From: a bacterium
Lineage (GTDB): Bacteria > Patescibacteriota > Minisyncoccia > Phycocordibacterales > GCA-002787175
Assembly: GCA_030699905.1 (NCBI GenBank)
Contig: JAUYKQ010000027.1
Coordinates: 1,293 to 65,292 of the forward strand
Direction: 5' to 3'
Length of the DNA: 64,000 nucleotides
Made by a program: the position numbers and the translations under genes
Shown: piece by piece, positions 58,972 to 64,000 of the stretch
Numbering within the stretch: the stretch's first letter is position 1
Layout of the letters: every line of letters starts with the position of its first letter
Notes under the pieces: generated by a model
Told to the model about the DNA's origin: nothing
Database searches by the model: none
The model's input: the letters and a program-made list of their open reading frames with translations, nothing else

Positions 58972-59922
58972 ATGGATAAAAGCAAAAAACCCCTTCCCTC
59001 TCACCTGCAAGATTTTTTGGATTGGATAGACGTGGAAAAGGGACTTTCTCCAAAGTCGCAAGAAAACTATTCCCGCTTCCTCAAGCGCTTCTTTGATTGG
59101 CTTAAAATTAAAAAACTTGAAGAGCTTAAGCCCCACGAGCTGACTCGCGAGCATGTTTTTGATTACCGTTTGTTTCTGTCGAGATCCACTCGTTCGGCTC
59201 GGACAAACGAACCTCTTAAGAAAAGCACCCAGAACTACTACTTGATAGCCCTGCGGATGTTTTTAAGCTTCTTTGCCCATAGGAACTTCCTGTCACTGCC
59301 TGTTGAGAAGGTTCCATTGGCCAGGGACAAAAGCGAGCGCCACGTGCGTTTTATGGAGCTTGAACAGCTTGAAAAACTTTTTGAGGCGCCTGATATCACT
59401 ACACCTCAAGGCATTCGCGACAGGAGCATTTTAGAGACATTTTTTTCCACCGGACTTCGTATTTCGGAATTAGTGGCTTTAAACGCCGACCAAATAAAAA
59501 TTGGTAAAGGCGGCAGGGAGGTCTTTGAACTTAGTATACAAGGCAAGGGAGGCCGGATACGAACCGTCTATTTTTCTTTGCGCGCCCTTTTGTGGCTTGA
59601 AAAATACATGGAGGTTAGGAGTGACACCCACCCTGCCCTTTTTGTGGCTTTTGGAAAAAATGGTAAAAAAATCAGCCGTTTGACTTCCCGCTCCATAGAA
59701 AAATCGTTTAAGCATTACATAATAAAAGCCGGATTGCCTCTTATAATGACACCGCATGCCATGCGACACAGTTTTGGCACCAACCTTCTTAAAAACGGAG
59801 TCGATTTACGCGTTATTCAAGAATTTTTAGGACATAAAAACATAGCGGCCACTCAAATGTACGCTCATGTGACAAGTAAACAGTTAAAGGACATCCATAA
59901 GAATCTTCACGGGAAGAAATAA
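58972..59922 (+). CDS. XerC/XerD-family tyrosine recombinase
   Basis: TGLRISEL, GKGG, HAMRHSF, LGH, TQMY catalytic residues. Confidence 0.94.
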   Translation: MDKSKKPLPSHLQDFLDWIDVEKGLSPKSQENYSRFLKRFFDWLKIKKLEELKPHELTREHVFDYRLFLSRSTRSARTNEPLKKSTQNYYLIALRMFLSFFAHRNFLSLPVEKVPLARDKSERHVRFMELEQLEKLFEAPDITTPQGIRDRSILETFFSTGLRISELVALNADQIKIGKGGREVFELSIQGKGGRIRTVYFSLRALLWLEKYMEVRSDTHPALFVAFGKNGKKISRLTSRSIEKSFKHYIIKAGLPLIMTPHAMRHSFGTNLLKNGVDLRVIQEFLGHKNIAATQMYAHVTSKQLKDIHKNLHGKK

Positions 59923-59935
59923 AAGAGGTATTAAA

Positions 59936-60077
59936 CCTTGAATTACGAAATGTCTTTTTCGGCGAGGTCTTCGTACGCCACGAAGATTTTTTACTAAAAA
60001 TCTCCTCTCTCCGGCGCCAGCCGCGCCTCCGAAGGCGCCTCTCAAACCTCGCCTCAACACCATTTCGTAATTCACGG
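59936..60077. mobile_element. MITE-like fold-back element, family A copy 3 (142 bp)
   Basis: Same ends and interior as 1680-1821. Confidence 0.85.
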
Positions 60078-60170
60078 TATTAAACGCAAGTTCGCGCTTA
60101 CCGAAATAACGGGGATGAGTGAAGGTTTACGGGCTTTGCGAAGCCCGTCGTGACCAAAAACTCCCCTCTC

Positions 60171-60461
60171 TCATCTGAACCACTGTTTTATCTTATCTAT
60201 TATCGGCAAAACAATATCCTGCCACAAAATTCCCACTATAAAATCATTCCATAGCCAAAGGGCCCCTAAAACAATATAGTCGCTCCAGATGAGCTTTAAA
60301 AAATCCCACGTATGCCAAAAAGCAGATTTTATTTTCGGAGAACTTACAAGTTCTTTTAGGTCAAAACCGGAATAAGCAAGGATGAATAATATTATGACAA
60401 GAAGGACGATCCATCGTATGAACCCCCCTCTCCTGTTTTGAGCAAAATTTTTCTTTTTCAT
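60171..60461 (-). CDS. Small membrane protein with pilin-like leader
   Basis: Basic leader RRGG|FIRWIVLLVII, Trp-rich amphipathic tail. Confidence 0.65.
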   Translation of the reverse strand: MKKKNFAQNRRGGFIRWIVLLVIILFILAYSGFDLKELVSSPKIKSAFWHTWDFLKLIWSDYIVLGALWLWNDFIVGILWQDIVLPIIDKIKQWFR

Positions 60462-60521
60462 AAGGTTGCTTTTAAATTATCCCTCTATCTATTCTACCCC
60501 GTTTTTATGTTTACGAGTATC

Positions 60522-61232
60522 TTACGCCGGAGGTTTGTTTTTTGAGACCAGCTTTATTATCCATTGCAATACTGTAGTTAAAAAGTCCTCACCAGCTTGC
60601 GGTTCGTCAAACCACCAGTCCGGTTTTGAAACCGCGATAAGTTCGTTGGAAAAAGCCGTCATGAATTTATGTTTGCTCACTATGGTTGCTTTTTTCGGTG
60701 GCAAGCCCGGGTCGTGAAATTCAAAACTGTCCGCCGTCTGATCGTATATTAGAACGTAATGGCTGTAAAAATCGGGCGTTCCATATAAAGTACCATGGTT
60801 AACTTGGGCGATGATGAAATTGTTCTTGGCCAACTCTGCCACTCTGCTTTCGCTTAAAGTTTCTTTCCTGACTTCGCCACCGGCGTTTAGGAATTTTCTT
60901 GCAAGATCTCTCTCTTTTTCAAAATTGGCCGACGCGTGGGCCTTTTGACTTTCAAAACGATTGTTGTCCCAGAACTGTCGCAGATACTCTGTTCCTTTTT
61001 CAGAAAATTCCTGATAATCAAATCCCTCGTTTATTAATTGGGCACCACCTGTTTTTTCAGCCAAAAATTTCGCTCCTGCAATAGTCCATGTCCAAAGGTT
61101 GTGTTCGTAACTTGTTTCCATGTCAACCGTTTGACTGTCAATAACCGTGCTGGTTTTTGTATCATGCGCCATCCGGACACAGCATTGCAGGCAGTGGTTG
61201 TTGTCTGAATTTTCGTAAAATTTCGGTTCCAT
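60522..61232 (-). CDS. Papain-fold (C39-like) peptidase domain protein
   Basis: HCLQCC, SHYVLI, FHDPG Cys-His-Asp arrangement. Confidence 0.65.
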   Translation of the reverse strand: MEPKFYENSDNNHCLQCCVRMAHDTKTSTVIDSQTVDMETSYEHNLWTWTIAGAKFLAEKTGGAQLINEGFDYQEFSEKGTEYLRQFWDNNRFESQKAHASANFEKERDLARKFLNAGGEVRKETLSESRVAELAKNNFIIAQVNHGTLYGTPDFYSHYVLIYDQTADSFEFHDPGLPPKKATIVSKHKFMTAFSNELIAVSKPDWWFDEPQAGEDFLTTVLQWIIKLVSKNKPPA

Positions 61233-61249
61233 GGTTTATGCCCTGAGGA

Positions 61250-62656
61250 TTATAGAAATTCAATGGGGTTCATGTATGCTCGCAAATCGGCGACCGGTAT
61301 GGTGGCGGGACTGCACGCTGTGGTTTTGCGTCCGGGTATGTCCGCGAGTTTCATAATTTTAACACCTTCAGTGGCAAAAACAGTCCAGTGCAAATGGGGT
61401 CCGGTGGAATGTCCGGCCCCCGGAGTCCCCGGCATACCTCCCGATAGGCCTATTGTCTCGCCGGTTTTGACTTTATCTCCCGCTTTAACGCTTCGTATTG
61501 ACATATGACCAAAAACGCTGGATAAACCATTTCCGTGGTCAAGCAGAACCCAACCGCCGTATGATTTGCAACCGGTAAAAATGTCCGTGTTACCTGTGCC
61601 TCTTACCGTTCCGGATAAAGGCGCCGAAATTTCCGTGCCGGTTGACGCTCTAAAATCCATGCCGTTATGTCCCCTGCCACCGTAAGCGCCGGATTTGGCA
61701 AAAGGCGTGTTACCGAAGTATTGCGTGACGCAGTTTATAAACCTTGATCCTTCCGGCTCCAAACATGAGGCCGTTGTCGCGTTTGATAGCGGAAATTCAA
61801 ATATTTTTGTGCCCACTTTCGGCAAATTGGACGCGTCAATTTCAAAATGCAGTTGCGACTCTAATTCAAAAAGTTCTTTTTCAAACGCTTCTTTTTCGGC
61901 TTTTCTGCGCTCCACTTCTTTCTTGTACTCGGCTTCTTGGTTTTTTGTTTCTTGGAGCAGACGATCTTGGGCCTTTTTATTGGCTTCCGTGACTTCTTTT
62001 TGGCCGATTATTTTTTCCTTGAAACCCGTGAGCTGTTCTTTCTGCTCAGCAGTTTCGGAACTTTTTTGGCTCAACTGGTCGCGCAGATCGCGAAGCTCCG
62101 TCATTTTGACTCTAACGTCTGCCTGCAGACGGCTTACGGAGGCGCTTTGGTCAAATACTTCGGAAACCGACTGACCTGTTAAGACATAATCAAGCATTGT
62201 CATTTGATCGTTTTCGTCCAGTATTCTTATTGTCTGGGCCAAACCACCTTCACTCGTTTCTATTTTTTTCGTGACGGTTGATATCTCGTTTGAAAGATGC
62301 TCTATTGTCAAAGACGCCGCCTGTATTCTGTTTTCCGTAATGGCTATTTCGGAAAGCAGTTTTTTTCTTTCGGTATTTAGTCGGCTTATCGCCGTCTGAA
62401 GCGTCTTGGCCTCTTCTCCAGTTTTGGCTATCTGGCTTTCATATTTGACGATTTCTTTTTCCAGTTCTGAAATTTTTTGATTTCTTTCTTGTATCCCCTC
62501 TTGAAGTTTTTCAATCGTGGAGTTCTGGGCATAAACTCTATTAATGTCGGCCGGTAAAGCGAAAAGCAAAGAAAAAAACAAAACTATAGCCGAAGCCGAC
62601 AAAAAAACGACCATCCAAACATTTTTTTTCTTGTTTATTTTCGTGTTTCTATGCAT
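61250..62656 (-). CDS. M23 family peptidoglycan endopeptidase with long coiled coil
   Basis: HNGMDF, GHMS, STGPHLH zinc motifs. Confidence 0.92.
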   Translation of the reverse strand: MHRNTKINKKKNVWMVVFLSASAIVLFFSLLFALPADINRVYAQNSTIEKLQEGIQERNQKISELEKEIVKYESQIAKTGEEAKTLQTAISRLNTERKKLLSEIAITENRIQAASLTIEHLSNEISTVTKKIETSEGGLAQTIRILDENDQMTMLDYVLTGQSVSEVFDQSASVSRLQADVRVKMTELRDLRDQLSQKSSETAEQKEQLTGFKEKIIGQKEVTEANKKAQDRLLQETKNQEAEYKKEVERRKAEKEAFEKELFELESQLHFEIDASNLPKVGTKIFEFPLSNATTASCLEPEGSRFINCVTQYFGNTPFAKSGAYGGRGHNGMDFRASTGTEISAPLSGTVRGTGNTDIFTGCKSYGGWVLLDHGNGLSSVFGHMSIRSVKAGDKVKTGETIGLSGGMPGTPGAGHSTGPHLHWTVFATEGVKIMKLADIPGRKTTACSPATIPVADLRAYMNPIEFL

Positions 62657-62660
62657 AAAT

Positions 62661-63998
62661 TCATTTTAGCATTTGAATCGCCGTGCTCAACCTTTCCAAT
62701 GTTTCTTTCTTTCCAAGAATGTCGGCGAGAGTAAACGGGTCCGGCGACTTTTCTCTGCCTGAAAGCGCGTAACGAAATGGCCAAAGCACCTCCCCTCTTC
62801 CCTCTTGTTCGGCATATTTCCAAATCGCCTCTTTTATTTTTTCGGCGCTAAAATTTTCTTCCGGCAAAACACTGACTTTCTCGCTTATTTTTATGATGTG
62901 TTTTATTGTCGTCTCTTTTGAAGTGTCTTTCCACGACAGTTTTTTCGGTTCATACGAAGGTAACTCAAAATAATATTGAAAATCGCCTTCGCGGTTCATT
63001 CTTCCTATGTCGCTCATTTTGGAAATTCTTTCCAGAACAGTCGGCGCTATTCTCTTTACTCTGTCGGGGCATTTTTCGGAGCTTGGGATTTCTTTTTTTA
63101 TTTCCGCGATTATAAGATCGTAAATGTCAGGTATTTTTTTCAGGTATTCTTTGTTTAGCCAGTCCAATTTTTCTCTGTTAAACACGGCTCCTCCTTTTTG
63201 GACGTTCTCAAGAGAGAATTCTTGCGTGAGCTCCTCTGCCGTAAATATTTCCTTTTCGGTCTTCGGGTTCCACCCGAGCAAAGCCAAAAAGTTCATAAGG
63301 GCCTCTGCCAAGTACCCCTCTTCCCTGTAATACGTAACCGAAACAGATTGGCCGTGTTTGCGTTTGGAAAGTTTGCTTTTATCAGGCGCCAAAATGAGTG
63401 GCAAATGAGCGTAAATGGGGCGAGGCGCTTCTATGGCTTCTTGGATCAGTATTTGCCTTGGTGTGTTTGAAAGATGGTCTTCTCCGCGTATTACGTGCGA
63501 TATTTTTTGTTCAAAGTCGTCAACAACAACCGCCAAATGATACAGCGGTTCATCTTTTGATTTGGCAATAACAAAGTCCTTAAGCTCCGCGGTATCAAAA
63601 GTCACCTCTCCCCTTATGATGTCGGAAAAAGTCACTTTCTTACCCGGATTTCTGAAACGAATAACCTCTACTTCCCCACTGCCTTCTTTGGCCGGTTCTT
63701 TTGAAATATAGGCCATGTCATCCGCCAAAAGTTTTTCAAGATACTTTTTGTAAATTTCCGTCCGATCCGACTGGCGGCAAAAATCTTTCCAAGCGAGGCC
63801 GAACCAATTCAACCCGTCCAAAATATTGTCCTCATATTCTTTTTTGGATCGTGCCTTGTCAGTGTCTTCAAGCCGAAGGACCATCTCCCCACCGTTTTGA
63901 CGAGCAAAAAGGTAGTTGAAAAGAGCGGTTCTGGCTCCGCCAACGTGCAGAGTTCCCGTGGGAGAAGGCGCGAAACGAGTTATGACTTTTCGACTCAT
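62661..63998 (-). CDS. gltX: Glutamate--tRNA ligase
   Basis: RFAPSPTG..HVGG, IRGEDH, KLSKR. Confidence 0.97.
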   Translation of the reverse strand: MSRKVITRFAPSPTGTLHVGGARTALFNYLFARQNGGEMVLRLEDTDKARSKKEYEDNILDGLNWFGLAWKDFCRQSDRTEIYKKYLEKLLADDMAYISKEPAKEGSGEVEVIRFRNPGKKVTFSDIIRGEVTFDTAELKDFVIAKSKDEPLYHLAVVVDDFEQKISHVIRGEDHLSNTPRQILIQEAIEAPRPIYAHLPLILAPDKSKLSKRKHGQSVSVTYYREEGYLAEALMNFLALLGWNPKTEKEIFTAEELTQEFSLENVQKGGAVFNREKLDWLNKEYLKKIPDIYDLIIAEIKKEIPSSEKCPDRVKRIAPTVLERISKMSDIGRMNREGDFQYYFELPSYEPKKLSWKDTSKETTIKHIIKISEKVSVLPEENFSAEKIKEAIWKYAEQEGRGEVLWPFRYALSGREKSPDPFTLADILGKKETLERLSTAIQMLK

Positions 63999-64000
63999 AA

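Noticed and set aside
56285-59922. tRNA-Pro to recombinase interval as an integrated island
   Set aside because: No duplicated tRNA 3' end found; the recombinase looks like a housekeeping Xer and the cargo has no mobility genes.

Overview
A 64-kb stretch of core bacterial chromosome. The gene set looks like Patescibacteria/CPR (Parcubacteria-like); this is an inference from the short-type ProS, split rplU/rpmA, two mreB genes, scattered type IV pilins and many apparently leaderless genes. It holds cell-wall and division genes (murA, mreB x2, mreC, mrdA, mraZ-rsmH-ftsL-ftsI-murF, murE, M15/M23/S41 peptidases, an SLT-like protein), translation genes (fmt, def, frr, proS, lysS, cysS, gltX, rplU, rplI, rpmA, three tRNAs), replication and repair genes (priA, holB, dnaB, recR, rmuC, mpg, a Xer recombinase) and a Zur-ZIP zinc module. 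No CRISPR array, rRNA, prophage or transposase was seen. The most notable observations are: (1) a D-aspartate ligase / aspartate racemase / variant MurE operon suggesting lactic-acid-bacterium-like D-Asp peptidoglycan cross-bridges; (2) nine 140-161 bp fold-back elements of three internal types sharing one terminal repeat (CTKTGAATTACGAAA), with an end/core flip, minimal 22-bp forms bracketing a carboxypeptidase gene, and a core shared with a differently ended element; (3) a palindromic 58-bp insert that frameshifts a pilin leader; (4) a symmetric dif-like site just upstream of the Xer gene; (5) a promoter- and terminator-bounded structured RNA of about 290 nt; (6) unusual pairing sequences flanking two tRNAs. 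All functional calls come from motif recognition by eye, not database searches.
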